This document shows positions 38,950 to 48,174 of a stretch of 64,000 bases of DNA, in pieces. Source of the stretch: an uncultured Planctomycetaceae bacterium (GTDB lineage: Bacteria; Planctomycetota; Planctomycetia; Pirellulales; Lacipirellulaceae); the NCBI GenBank assembly GCA_964618225.1, contig CAZTWS010000003.1:57101-121100 (forward strand), read 5' to 3'. The notes under the pieces were generated by a model, which searched no databases, was not told the origin of the DNA, and worked only from the letters and a program-made list of their open reading frames with translations. The number at the start of each line of letters is the position of its first letter. Position 1 is the first letter of the stretch. The translations under genes were made by a program, and so were the position numbers.

Positions 38950-40842
38950 ATGGCCGTTGGTGCAGACTCTGCCGAAACACAGGTTGCCACTGGGCGTAGC
39001 CCTTGGTGGTGGGTGCCCAGTTTGTACTTTGCCCAAGGCGTGCCGTATGTCGTGGTGATGACCGTCGCCGTCATCATGTTCAAACGGCTTGGTGTCGGCA
39101 ACGCCGAAATCGCGCTCTACACAAGCTGGCTCTACCTGCCTTACGCGATCAAGCCACTCTGGAGCCCGCTCGTGCAACGCATCGGCACTCGCCGCGGCTG
39201 GGTCGTGGTGATGCAGATTTTCATCGCGGCCGGCTTGGCGTGTGCCGCCTTCTCCATTCCCCTCGATAGTTTTCTACGCTGGAGTCTCGTGGCGCTGGCA
39301 GGCGTGGCAATTTGTTCCGCCACACATGACATCGCGGCCGACGGCTTCTACCTGCTTTCGCTTACGAGCCATCAACAGGCTTGGTTCGTGGGCATTCGCA
39401 GCACTGCATACCGCGCCGCCATGATCTTCGGTCAAGGCCTGCTGGTCATGTTGGCCGGTTTGCTTGAATCGTCCACCGGTCTGCCTGTCGTACAAATTGA
39501 TGCGCGTGCTGTTGATCGCGAACCCACAGCAATCGCGTTTGCGCCCGAATCGCTGATTCAATCTAAAGCAGGCGACACGCAACAAATCATCATCGGCGAT
39601 GTTAGCGACCTCAGCTTTCGCGGCAGGCCGGTTGCTGACACTAAAACCGCTATCGATAGCGTACGCCAATGGAACGTGGACCACGGATTTTACAAAGCGC
39701 CAGAGAAAGCCGCCGTGTCCACCACAACGCCAGACAAACCGCCCGGTTGGCGTGTTGTTCTGGAAGATTTCCTACGCCGAAACTTTGGCCCCACGCAGCG
39801 AGCAACAGAAACCACAAACGACCGCGCGGGCGATGTCCTTATCGTTCCCATGCGGCTCACGAAAGAAGTTCCGCAAGGCGAACAACAGGTCGTGCAGTTT
39901 GGTCGCGCTAGCGGCGATGCCAGCTTCCAAGTTGCCGAAGGCGAGCGGTTCGTCGTGAACCATGAAAATTGGTCGCAACCGTTTTTCGCTGTCGTCCAGG
40001 TCGATTCGAAGCTCGATCGCCCCTCTCAAGCCACGTTCGACGTGCGCGCCGGAAATTTGAAACTGGCGTGGTCCATAACTTTTTTCTTCGTAGCTGCGTC
40101 GTTTGTCGCGTTTGCCATTTATCATTACTTCGCCATGCCGCGGCCCGCAGCCGATATCTCCATTTCCGCTGATGCCGCGAATGAAGGTGTCGTCGGCTTC
40201 CTCGTGCCGTTCGTCGATTTCTTTCGCAAGCCGCGGATTCTGGCCATACTCGCGTTCCTACTGCTCTATCGCTTCCCCGAAGCGCAGCTCGTAAAGCTCG
40301 CCACGCCGTTTTTGCTAGACACGCGCGAAGCGGGTGGCCTCGGCCTCACCACCGGCGAAGTCGGTTTCGTCTACGGCACGATCGGCGTCATTATGCTCAC
40401 GCTCGGCGGCATCATTGGCGGCTTCGTCGCGGCTCGCGACGGCCTCCGATTCTGGCTCTGGCCCATGGCACTCGCCATCCATCTGCCGAACTTGGCGTTT
40501 CTCTTCCTCGCCTACGCACAACCAGAAAACCTCGCCGTCATTACCGCGGCCGTGGGCGTTGAGCAATTCGGCTACGGCTTTGGCTTCACGGCCTATCTGC
40601 TCTATTGCGTGTACGTGGCGCGCGGAGAACACGAAACAGTTCACTACGCACTATGCACCGGCCTCATGGCGCTCGGCATGATGATCCCCGGCATGTGGAG
40701 CGGCTGGCTCGAAGAGCTCATCGGCTATCAACACTTTTTTGTTTGGATTATGTTGGCCATGATCCCCAGCCTGCTCGCAGTCATCTTCATTCAAGTTGAC
40801 CCGCAGTTCGGAAAAAAATCGGCCCACGAAGCCGCAGAATGA
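38950..40842 (+). CDS. ampG: MFS permease, AmpG-like muropeptide transporter, with a ~190-aa hydrophilic central insertion
   Basis: The N-terminal PWWWVPSLYFAQGVPYVVV and multiple hydrophobic spans fit an AmpG-type MFS. Residues ~186-372 (nt 39505-40065) are hydrophilic. The position between DigH-like and NagZ-like genes supports the assignment. Confidence 0.7.
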   Translation: MAVGADSAETQVATGRSPWWWVPSLYFAQGVPYVVVMTVAVIMFKRLGVGNAEIALYTSWLYLPYAIKPLWSPLVQRIGTRRGWVVVMQIFIAAGLACAAFSIPLDSFLRWSLVALAGVAICSATHDIAADGFYLLSLTSHQQAWFVGIRSTAYRAAMIFGQGLLVMLAGLLESSTGLPVVQIDARAVDREPTAIAFAPESLIQSKAGDTQQIIIGDVSDLSFRGRPVADTKTAIDSVRQWNVDHGFYKAPEKAAVSTTTPDKPPGWRVVLEDFLRRNFGPTQRATETTNDRAGDVLIVPMRLTKEVPQGEQQVVQFGRASGDASFQVAEGERFVVNHENWSQPFFAVVQVDSKLDRPSQATFDVRAGNLKLAWSITFFFVAASFVAFAIYHYFAMPRPAADISISADAANEGVVGFLVPFVDFFRKPRILAILAFLLLYRFPEAQLVKLATPFLLDTREAGGLGLTTGEVGFVYGTIGVIMLTLGGIIGGFVAARDGLRFWLWPMALAIHLPNLAFLFLAYAQPENLAVITAAVGVEQFGYGFGFTAYLLYCVYVARGEHETVHYALCTGLMALGMMIPGMWSGWLEELIGYQHFFVWIMLAMIPSLLAVIFIQVDPQFGKKSAHEAAE

Positions 40843-40843
40843 C

Positions 40844-42418
40844 ATGACTTCAACTACCGCAAATATCTCTGCACTGCCGAACGCCGCCGAGTTGAATCTG
40901 CGCGAAAAACTCGGGCAGCTCATCTTCGTTCGCATCGGTTCCAACCTCCCGCCCGTTCGACGCGTGGAAGAAGATGTCGATCGCATGGCGGAACTGCTGG
41001 AAGAGTGCCCCATCGGCGGCCTGCTGCTGTTCAACGGCGGGCCCGATACCCGAGCTTCGCTCGATCGCCTGCAAAAACTCTCGAAGATTCCGCTCCTCGT
41101 TGGTTCCGACATCGAGCGCGGCACCGGCCAGCAGGTACAGGGTTTCACGCTCTTCCCTCATGCGATGGCCTTCGACCGTCTCGGCAACAACGGCCCCGCC
41201 ATGGTTGCTCAATATGCCCAAGCGCTCGCACAAGAAGCACGCGAGGCCGGCATTCACATCACGTTCGCCCCGGTCACCGACGTCAACACGAACCCGAAAA
41301 ACCCCATCATCGCCACGCGTGCCTATAGCGAAAAGCCCCAGCGCGCGGCCGAACTCGCGCGGGCCTATATCGAAGCCGCTGAAGCGGCCGGCCTGATGAC
41401 CACCGCCAAGCACTTCCCCGGCCACGGCGATACGCATCAAGATTCCCACGACTCGCTTCCGAAAGTGATGCGCTCGCGCGAGCAGCTAGCCACCTGCGAA
41501 CTTGTGCCCTTTCAAGCGGCGATCGATGCCGGCTGCTCGCTCATCATGACGGCCCACGTGGCGTTCCCCAACATCGACCCCACGAACGCACCTGCCACGT
41601 TATCGAGCGTGCTCCTGCAAGATGTGCTGCGTGGCGAAATGGGCTTCGAAGGTGCCGTGTGCTCCGACAGCCTTCTCATGGCCGGCGTGCGCGATCGCTT
41701 TGCGAATGAAGAAGAAATGGCTCTCGCCACACTCCTCGCGGGTGTCGATGTGCTGCTCGACTTGCGTGAACCGTCGCGAGTGCTCGATTACCTGTGCGAC
41801 TCCGTTACGGAGGGCAAGCTGCCGCAAAGTCGAGTCGAGGAAGCCTTCCGCCGCGTTTGGACTCTCAAGCAACGAGCGTTCGAACGTACCGAGCAGTCTT
41901 CATCGTCGGAACACCAGGTCGAAAACATCCCCGCGCTTGCCACAAAAATCGCGACCGACGCGATCGAAGTCACCGCAACAGGCGATAAGTTCAGTGCCCC
42001 GTTCGATCGCGATAAACCCGTGGTCGCGATTCTGCTCAAGCCGTTCGAAACCGCGATCGATCCGCCCGAGCAACCTTTAGCGGCCGCGCTCAGGGAAACC
42101 TTTGCACGCGCGACCTACATTCAAATCGGTCCGAATGCCGACGCGCAGGCGTACACCAGCGCGCTGCAAGCCGCCAAAGACGCTCCCCAACTGCTCCTGG
42201 CGATGATCGTTCGCCCGGCCGCCTGGCATGCCTTCGGCTTGCGGCCCGAGCAAGCCGATTTTTCCCATCAAGTAATCGCCACGCGGCCCGACGCCATCTT
42301 GGCCTCGCTCGGCGTGCCTTACGCCCTGCAAGATTTTCCCGACGCCGCCGTCCGTATTTGCACCTACAGCGATGTCCCCGTCTCGCAACAAGCGCTCGCC
42401 CAATTCCTAACAAAATAG
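40844..42418 (+). CDS. nagZ: GH3 beta-N-acetylhexosaminidase (NagZ-like)
   Basis: KHFPGHGDTHQDSHDSLP and ITFAPVTDVN are the GH3/NagZ catalytic-region pattern. ATG 40844 lies 1 nt after the ampG-like stop. Confidence 0.85.
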   Translation: MTSTTANISALPNAAELNLREKLGQLIFVRIGSNLPPVRRVEEDVDRMAELLEECPIGGLLLFNGGPDTRASLDRLQKLSKIPLLVGSDIERGTGQQVQGFTLFPHAMAFDRLGNNGPAMVAQYAQALAQEAREAGIHITFAPVTDVNTNPKNPIIATRAYSEKPQRAAELARAYIEAAEAAGLMTTAKHFPGHGDTHQDSHDSLPKVMRSREQLATCELVPFQAAIDAGCSLIMTAHVAFPNIDPTNAPATLSSVLLQDVLRGEMGFEGAVCSDSLLMAGVRDRFANEEEMALATLLAGVDVLLDLREPSRVLDYLCDSVTEGKLPQSRVEEAFRRVWTLKQRAFERTEQSSSSEHQVENIPALATKIATDAIEVTATGDKFSAPFDRDKPVVAILLKPFETAIDPPEQPLAAALRETFARATYIQIGPNADAQAYTSALQAAKDAPQLLLAMIVRPAAWHAFGLRPEQADFSHQVIATRPDAILASLGVPYALQDFPDAAVRICTYSDVPVSQQALAQFLTK

Positions 42419-42583
42419 CCAACTCGCTCCGCGAGATGAAACCTTCCGCCCAATCATAACTCACAACCCAGCCCCCCCGCTAACCGCACTCAGTTGATAG
42501 CGTAGCGACCGTGCGGTTAAAATAACCCGACTCGATTGGATCTCTGACTAACCATAAGGCGAATTAGAAAGCCCCCTACTTAC

Positions 42584-43648
42584 ATGGCCGACCGACGTAT
42601 CGTGATTTTGACCGATGGCCGCACTAATCCGGTCAGCGCTAAAACTGCCGCGTGTGTAATTCGCTATAAGCCCGAAGAAGTAGTTGCCCTGCTCGATACT
42701 ACCCTGCCAGGCAAAACCGCGCAAGAAATGCTCGGCATCGGCGGCAACATCCCGATCGTCGATAAACTGGCCGACGCCCCGGCAGCCAACACGCTGCTCA
42801 TCGGCATCGCCCCTTCCGGCGGTAAACTGCCCGCCCATTGGCGAGCCATTCTGCTCGAAGCGATCGACCGCCGCATGAACCTCGTTTCCGGCCTGCACGA
42901 CTTCCTCGCCAACGATCCGGAAATCTCCGCGGCCGCCGCTAAGAAGGGCGTGCAAATTCACGACGTCCGCCGCAACAACGAACGCGACGTCTCGAACCGA
43001 CAAAACCTTCGCGAAGATTGCTTGCGAATCCACACCGTCGGCCAAGACTGCTCCGTCGGCAAAATGCTCACCTCGGTCGAAATCGCGATTGCTCTCAAAA
43101 AGCGCGGCCACGACGCCAAGTTCGTCGCCACGGGCCAAACCGGCATCATGGTCGAAGGCGATGGCTGCCCGATCGACACGGTCGTTTCCGATTTCGTCAA
43201 CGGTGCCGCCGAAAAGCTGGTCCTCGCCAACCAACATCACGATATCCTGGTCGTCGAAGGGCAAGGCTCGCTTACTCATCCGCGTTATTCGGCAGTCACG
43301 CTCGGTCTATTGCACGGCTGCGTTCCGCACGGCCTCATTCTGGTTTACGAGGCAGGCCGCAAGAACGTATTGGGCATGGATTACATCCCGCTGCAACCTC
43401 TCGAGAAGGTCGCGGAGATCAACGAAATGATGGCGCGCCTCAACGTGCCCAATTGCCGGATCATCGGCATCGCCATGAACAGCCGGCTGCTGAGCCCCGA
43501 AGAAGCCGAAGCCGAACGCGAACGAGTTCGTAAGCAATTCGGCGTGCCTGTATGCGACGTTATCCGCCACGGACCAGACGACATGGTCGACGCCATCCTT
43601 GCGTTCCAAAAAGAGTTGTTTCCACATCTCGCGGCAAAAGCCAGCTAA
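42584..43648 (+). CDS. DUF1611 family protein (DgcN-like candidate)
   Basis: 354 aa. RIVILTDGRTNPVSAKTAACVIRY..EEVVALLD at the N-terminus and a P-loop-like VGQDCSVGKM fit my recollection of DUF1611. It is adjacent to a dipeptide epimerase, as is typical for this family. Confidence 0.65.
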   Translation: MADRRIVILTDGRTNPVSAKTAACVIRYKPEEVVALLDTTLPGKTAQEMLGIGGNIPIVDKLADAPAANTLLIGIAPSGGKLPAHWRAILLEAIDRRMNLVSGLHDFLANDPEISAAAAKKGVQIHDVRRNNERDVSNRQNLREDCLRIHTVGQDCSVGKMLTSVEIAIALKKRGHDAKFVATGQTGIMVEGDGCPIDTVVSDFVNGAAEKLVLANQHHDILVVEGQGSLTHPRYSAVTLGLLHGCVPHGLILVYEAGRKNVLGMDYIPLQPLEKVAEINEMMARLNVPNCRIIGIAMNSRLLSPEEAEAERERVRKQFGVPVCDVIRHGPDDMVDAILAFQKELFPHLAAKAS

Positions 43649-43720
43649 TTCGTCTTTTTAACTTCCCGCAACCAACGGGTTCGGAGTCAACTTCCCCACA
43701 GGCGCATTGAAAACAACACC

Positions 43721-44758
43721 GTGCAACTCACTTACCAAAAATTCGAACTCCCCCTAAAGCACGTCTTCACCATTTCACGCGGGTCGGTGTCGGTGCAAGA
43801 AACACTCGTCGTTCAACTATCGGCCCACGGCCAGCATGGTTACGGCGAATCAACGACCAACAACTTTTACGGTGCTACGATCCCCAACATGACTTCGGCG
43901 ATCGAAAGCGTTCGCCCCATCATCGAAGGTGCGTTCCCCGACGACCCGCTGAAGCTTATTGCCAACATTGCCGATAAACTCCCGAACGAAAAATACGCGA
44001 AATTCGCGCTCAACGCGCTCGACGGTGCCATTCACGATCTCTGGGGCAAACTGCAAGGTGCCCCCGTGTATCGCCTGTGGGGACTCACGACCGACCGCAT
44101 CCCGATGTCCGACTACACGCTCGGCATCGATACGCCCGAGAAAATGGTCGCCAAGCTCAACGAAATGCCGGGTTGGCCCGTCTATAAAATCAAGCTCGGC
44201 ACACCAGACGACCTCGGCATCATCCGCGAACTACGCAAACATACCGATGCGCTGTTTCGCGTCGATGCTAATTGTGGGTGGACGGCCGAACAAACAATCG
44301 AATACGCACCGATCCTCAAGGATATGAACGTCGAGTTCATCGAACAGCCCCTCCCGCCGGAAGACGAAGAGGGTGCTCGCAAAGCCTACGAGGGTTCCGT
44401 GCTCCCGCTCATTGCCGATGAAAACTGCGTGTTCGAGGAAGACGTCGACCGCTGCGCCGGCAAGTTCCACGGCATCAACATCAAACTCGTCAAGTGCGGC
44501 GGTCTGACCACGGCCAGACGCATGGTCACACGCGCCCGAGAACTCGGATTGCAGGTCATGGCCGGTTGCATGACCGAATCCACCGTCGGCATCTCGGCGC
44601 TCGCGCAACTCCTGCCGCTCTTAGATTATGTAGACATGGACGGCGCGGTCCTGTTGGCGAAAGACATCGCCACCGGTGTCCGCTTGGAGCGCGGCCAGTG
44701 CATCTATCCGCCGCGCAATGGAACAGGCGTTGAACTGATCGATGGTCCGTTGAAGTAG
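43721..44758 (+). CDS. Enolase-superfamily dipeptide epimerase (L-Ala-D/L-Glu epimerase / DgcA-like)
   Basis: YKIKLG, FRVDANCGW, FIEQPL, IADE and NIKLVKCGG blocks match the muconate-lactonizing-enzyme subgroup (MLE) / dipeptide-epimerase (AEE) layout. Confidence 0.8.
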   Translation: MQLTYQKFELPLKHVFTISRGSVSVQETLVVQLSAHGQHGYGESTTNNFYGATIPNMTSAIESVRPIIEGAFPDDPLKLIANIADKLPNEKYAKFALNALDGAIHDLWGKLQGAPVYRLWGLTTDRIPMSDYTLGIDTPEKMVAKLNEMPGWPVYKIKLGTPDDLGIIRELRKHTDALFRVDANCGWTAEQTIEYAPILKDMNVEFIEQPLPPEDEEGARKAYEGSVLPLIADENCVFEEDVDRCAGKFHGINIKLVKCGGLTTARRMVTRARELGLQVMAGCMTESTVGISALAQLLPLLDYVDMDGAVLLAKDIATGVRLERGQCIYPPRNGTGVELIDGPLK

Positions 44759-44818
44759 TAGAACGAGCGCTTCGCGCCCGTTCGATCCCATTCCCAACTC
44801 ACGCTCGCTCATACAACC

Positions 44819-46879
44819 ATGCTGAAACACCTCCGCCCGAACGTCCGCGTCGCGGCCGCCGTATCCTGCGCGCTCGCTTTACTCATCGCCACCGTCTCAA
44901 TCGCTAAAGATAAAGACGCGCCCGCCAAACGCGCCATGGGCGATGTTCTACTCCCGCTCATCAAAGCCCACCAGGGCGACGTGGCCATCTTCATCAAAGA
45001 CCTCAAAACGGGCGAAACCTTCGAGTACGACGCCGATACCCCCATGCCCACGGCAAGCCTCATCAAGTTCCCCGTCATGGTCGCCGCGTACGATGCCGTG
45101 GAAAATGGCAAGCTCAACCTCGACGACATGCTCGAGCTCAAAGCCGAGGATAAAGTCCCCGGCTCCGGCATCCTCACCAACCACTTCTCGCCGGGCGCGA
45201 AAATTTCGCTCCGCGATGCCATCCACCTCATGATCGTGTATTCCGACAACACGGCCACCAACATGGTGCTCGATAAGCTCGGCATTCCGCCAACACGCGA
45301 GCTTATGGCCAAACTTGGCTACCCCGAAACCCAGGTCCACTCCAAAACCTTCCGCCGCGACACTTCGATCGACCTTGAACGCAGCAAGAAGTACGGCCTG
45401 GGCAGCACCACCGCTCGCGAAATGGCCGGCCTTGCCGAACAGGTCTACAACGGAAAAGTCGTCAGCAAAGACGCCTCCAAAAAAATGATGGCGCACCTCT
45501 TTGCCTGTGCCGACAAATCGAACGTCCCGCGCGACCTGCCACGCGATGCCAAAGTCGCCCACAAAACCGGTGCCATCGAAGTCGTCCGCACCGATGGCGG
45601 CATTATCGAAACACCGCACGGCCCCATCGCTTACTGCATCCTCACGAACAACAACAAAGACCAGCGCTGGACCAACGACAACGAAGGCGATGTGCTCTGT
45701 GCCCACATCGGACTTGCCACTTACAAATACTTCAACTCCAAAAACGATGCCTCGGTCGCTCCCGTAGCACGCACTTTGGAAATGGGGGCCAACGGCGAGC
45801 TCGTCGTCGCGTTGCAGCGCACACTGAATGCTCGCCTGAAAGGCGCTTCGATCGGCACCGACGGCGACTTCGGCCCCGAAACCGAAGGCGCGGTTAAAAA
45901 GTTCCAAGCTCAGGCCGGTCTCAAAGAAACCGGCGTCGTCGATGCGGCCACCTGGAAAGCGCTCGGCCCGCTTGTCATGGAAGAGCAGCCCGCCCCCGAG
46001 CCGGCCGTCATCAATGCCGAATCTCAAAAGAAGGCACCCCCCGATTCGCTCGATGGCCCCCCGTTCGTCACCGCCAAAGGTTGGGCCATCATCGACGGCA
46101 AAACCGGCAGGTTCCTCGCCGGCGACAATGAAAACGGCCCGCGCGAACCGGCCAGTACCACCAAAATCATGACGGCCTACCTCGTCTGTGAACTCGCCGA
46201 GAAGGATCCCAGCGTCCTCAATGAAATCGTCACCTTCTCCGAACGCGCCGATAAAACGCCCGGTTCCACCTCCGAAGTAAAGGCCGGCGAAAAACTGCCC
46301 GTCCGCGAACTTCTCTACGGCCTCATGCTTCCCTCGGGCAACGATGCGTCCGTCGCCATCGGCGAACATTTCGGCGACCGATTGGCCGACAAAAAGAAAA
46401 ATCCCCAAGACCAGGCTAAAGGTTACGATGGCTTCATCGAAGCCATGAATCGCAAAGCGAAACAGCTTGGCATGAAGAATACCCGTTACAAAAACACCGA
46501 TGGCCTGCCCAATAAAGAACACGTCACCACCGCGCGCGATCTTGCACGCCTCGCCTACGAGGCCTTCAAATTGCCGCTGTTCCGCAAAGTCGTCGCCACG
46601 CCTCAGCATGGCTACACTGTCGATTCGGTCTCCGGATACAAACGAAACATCGTTTGGCGGAACACCAATCAACTGCTAAAAACCAAAGGCTACGACGGCA
46701 TCAAAACCGGCACCACCAACGCCGCCGGCTGCTGCCTTGTTTCCACGGCCGAGCGCAATGGCAAACGCCTCATCATCGTGGTGCTCGGTTCCACTTCGAG
46801 CGATTCTCGCTACAGCGACTCGCGCAACCTCTATCGCTGGGCCTGGCGGGACCTGGTGAAACTTGGCAACCACGACTAA
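44819..46879 (+). CDS. Tripartite serine hydrolase: class A beta-lactamase-like domain + PG_binding_1 domain + S11 D-Ala-D-Ala carboxypeptidase domain
   Basis: Domain 1 has SLIK (SxxK), YSDN (SDN) and HKTG (KTG). The middle has LQRTLNARL..DGDFGPETEGAVKKFQ...GVVDAATWKAL. Domain 3 has STTK (SxxK), SGND (SxN) and KTGTT (KTG). Confidence 0.85.
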   Translation: MLKHLRPNVRVAAAVSCALALLIATVSIAKDKDAPAKRAMGDVLLPLIKAHQGDVAIFIKDLKTGETFEYDADTPMPTASLIKFPVMVAAYDAVENGKLNLDDMLELKAEDKVPGSGILTNHFSPGAKISLRDAIHLMIVYSDNTATNMVLDKLGIPPTRELMAKLGYPETQVHSKTFRRDTSIDLERSKKYGLGSTTAREMAGLAEQVYNGKVVSKDASKKMMAHLFACADKSNVPRDLPRDAKVAHKTGAIEVVRTDGGIIETPHGPIAYCILTNNNKDQRWTNDNEGDVLCAHIGLATYKYFNSKNDASVAPVARTLEMGANGELVVALQRTLNARLKGASIGTDGDFGPETEGAVKKFQAQAGLKETGVVDAATWKALGPLVMEEQPAPEPAVINAESQKKAPPDSLDGPPFVTAKGWAIIDGKTGRFLAGDNENGPREPASTTKIMTAYLVCELAEKDPSVLNEIVTFSERADKTPGSTSEVKAGEKLPVRELLYGLMLPSGNDASVAIGEHFGDRLADKKKNPQDQAKGYDGFIEAMNRKAKQLGMKNTRYKNTDGLPNKEHVTTARDLARLAYEAFKLPLFRKVVATPQHGYTVDSVSGYKRNIVWRNTNQLLKTKGYDGIKTGTTNAAGCCLVSTAERNGKRLIIVVLGSTSSDSRYSDSRNLYRWAWRDLVKLGNHD

Positions 46880-46904
46880 TCGCTCCCCAACGAAAGGCCC
46901 AGCC

Positions 46905-48161
46905 ATGTTTGCTCACCTAAAACCACTCGCCACCGCCATGCTACTCGCGCTCGCATGTAACTTTGCATCCGCCGATGAACCCAAGAAGCCCGTAAGCCGC
47001 GAGCCCATCGTCCTCACCGATGCCGCTCGCGAACTGCACCGCAAGTCGCTTCTCATCGACGGCCACAACGACATGCCCTGGGAAATCCGCAAACAGAGCA
47101 ATTCCAACTTCGATAAGCTCGACATTTCCCAAAAACAGCCCACGCTGCAAACCGATATCCCCAAGCTCCGCGAGGGCGGCGTCGGCGCACAGTTCTGGTC
47201 CGTGTGGGTTCCCGTCGAAGCCGGTTACCGTGGCGAAGCGCTCTCCACCACGCTCGAGCAAATCGACCTCGTCAAGCGAATGGTCGCCCGCTACCCCGAA
47301 ACGTTCGAACTCGCTTACACGGCAGACGACATCGAACGAATCCACAGCGAAGGAAAAATCGCCAGCCTCATTGGCATCGAAGGCGGCCACTGCATCGAGG
47401 AATCCCTCGTGGTGCTCCAAAAGCTCTACGACCTCGGTGCCCGCTACATGACACTCACCCACACCGACTCGCTCAATTGGGCCGACTCGGGCACCGACAA
47501 GGAAAAAGCCCACGGCCTCACGCCGTTTGGCAAAGATGTCGTCCGCAAAATGAACGAAATCGGCATGCTCGTCGATCTCTCGCACGTCTCCGCCAAAACC
47601 ATGCACGACGCGCTCGATGTCGCCACCGCCCCCGTCATCTTCTCCCATTCCTCTGCCGTGGGCGTCGCCGATCATCCCCGCAACGTGCCAGATGATGTGC
47701 TCAAACGCATCCAAGAAAAAGACGGCGTCGTCATGGTCAACTTCTTCTCCGGCTACATCGTCCCCGATGCGGTACGCACCGTGGCCGAGGGCATGGACCT
47801 CGAACGAAAACTTCTCCAGGTCGATAAGCTGAGCGACCAGGAAGTCGCCCGCGAAATGCGCCGCTGGAAGGCCAAAAACCCTTACCCTCGTGGCACCATC
47901 CACGACCTGCTCGACCACATCGACCACATCGCCAAAGTCGCCGGCGTCGAGCACGTCGGCATCGGCTCCGACTACGACGGCGTCTCCGTCCTGCCAACCC
48001 AACTTGAAGACGCCAGCACCTACCCCTACATCACGCAAGGTCTCCTCGATCGCGGTTATTCCGAGTCCGAAATCCAAGCCATCCTTGGCGGCAACCTGTT
48101 GCGTGTGTTCCAAAAAGCAGAAGCAGTCGCCGCCCAAACGCCTAAAAAACCTACGCCCTAG
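46905..48161 (+). CDS. M19 membrane dipeptidase
   Basis: The LIDGHNDMPWEIR signature and the rest of the TIM-barrel dipeptidase layout are present. Signal peptide is MFAHLKPLATAMLLALACNFASA. Confidence 0.85.
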   Translation: MFAHLKPLATAMLLALACNFASADEPKKPVSREPIVLTDAARELHRKSLLIDGHNDMPWEIRKQSNSNFDKLDISQKQPTLQTDIPKLREGGVGAQFWSVWVPVEAGYRGEALSTTLEQIDLVKRMVARYPETFELAYTADDIERIHSEGKIASLIGIEGGHCIEESLVVLQKLYDLGARYMTLTHTDSLNWADSGTDKEKAHGLTPFGKDVVRKMNEIGMLVDLSHVSAKTMHDALDVATAPVIFSHSSAVGVADHPRNVPDDVLKRIQEKDGVVMVNFFSGYIVPDAVRTVAEGMDLERKLLQVDKLSDQEVAREMRRWKAKNPYPRGTIHDLLDHIDHIAKVAGVEHVGIGSDYDGVSVLPTQLEDASTYPYITQGLLDRGYSESEIQAILGGNLLRVFQKAEAVAAQTPKKPTP

Positions 48162-48174
48162 CCGGAGTAGCCAC

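Noticed and set aside
47890-48174. An N-terminal 95-aa extension of the M14 peptidase ORF
   Set aside because: It overlaps the 3' end of the M19 dipeptidase gene in another frame and is Pro/Ser/Thr-rich. GTG 48175 follows GGAG just after the dipeptidase stop.
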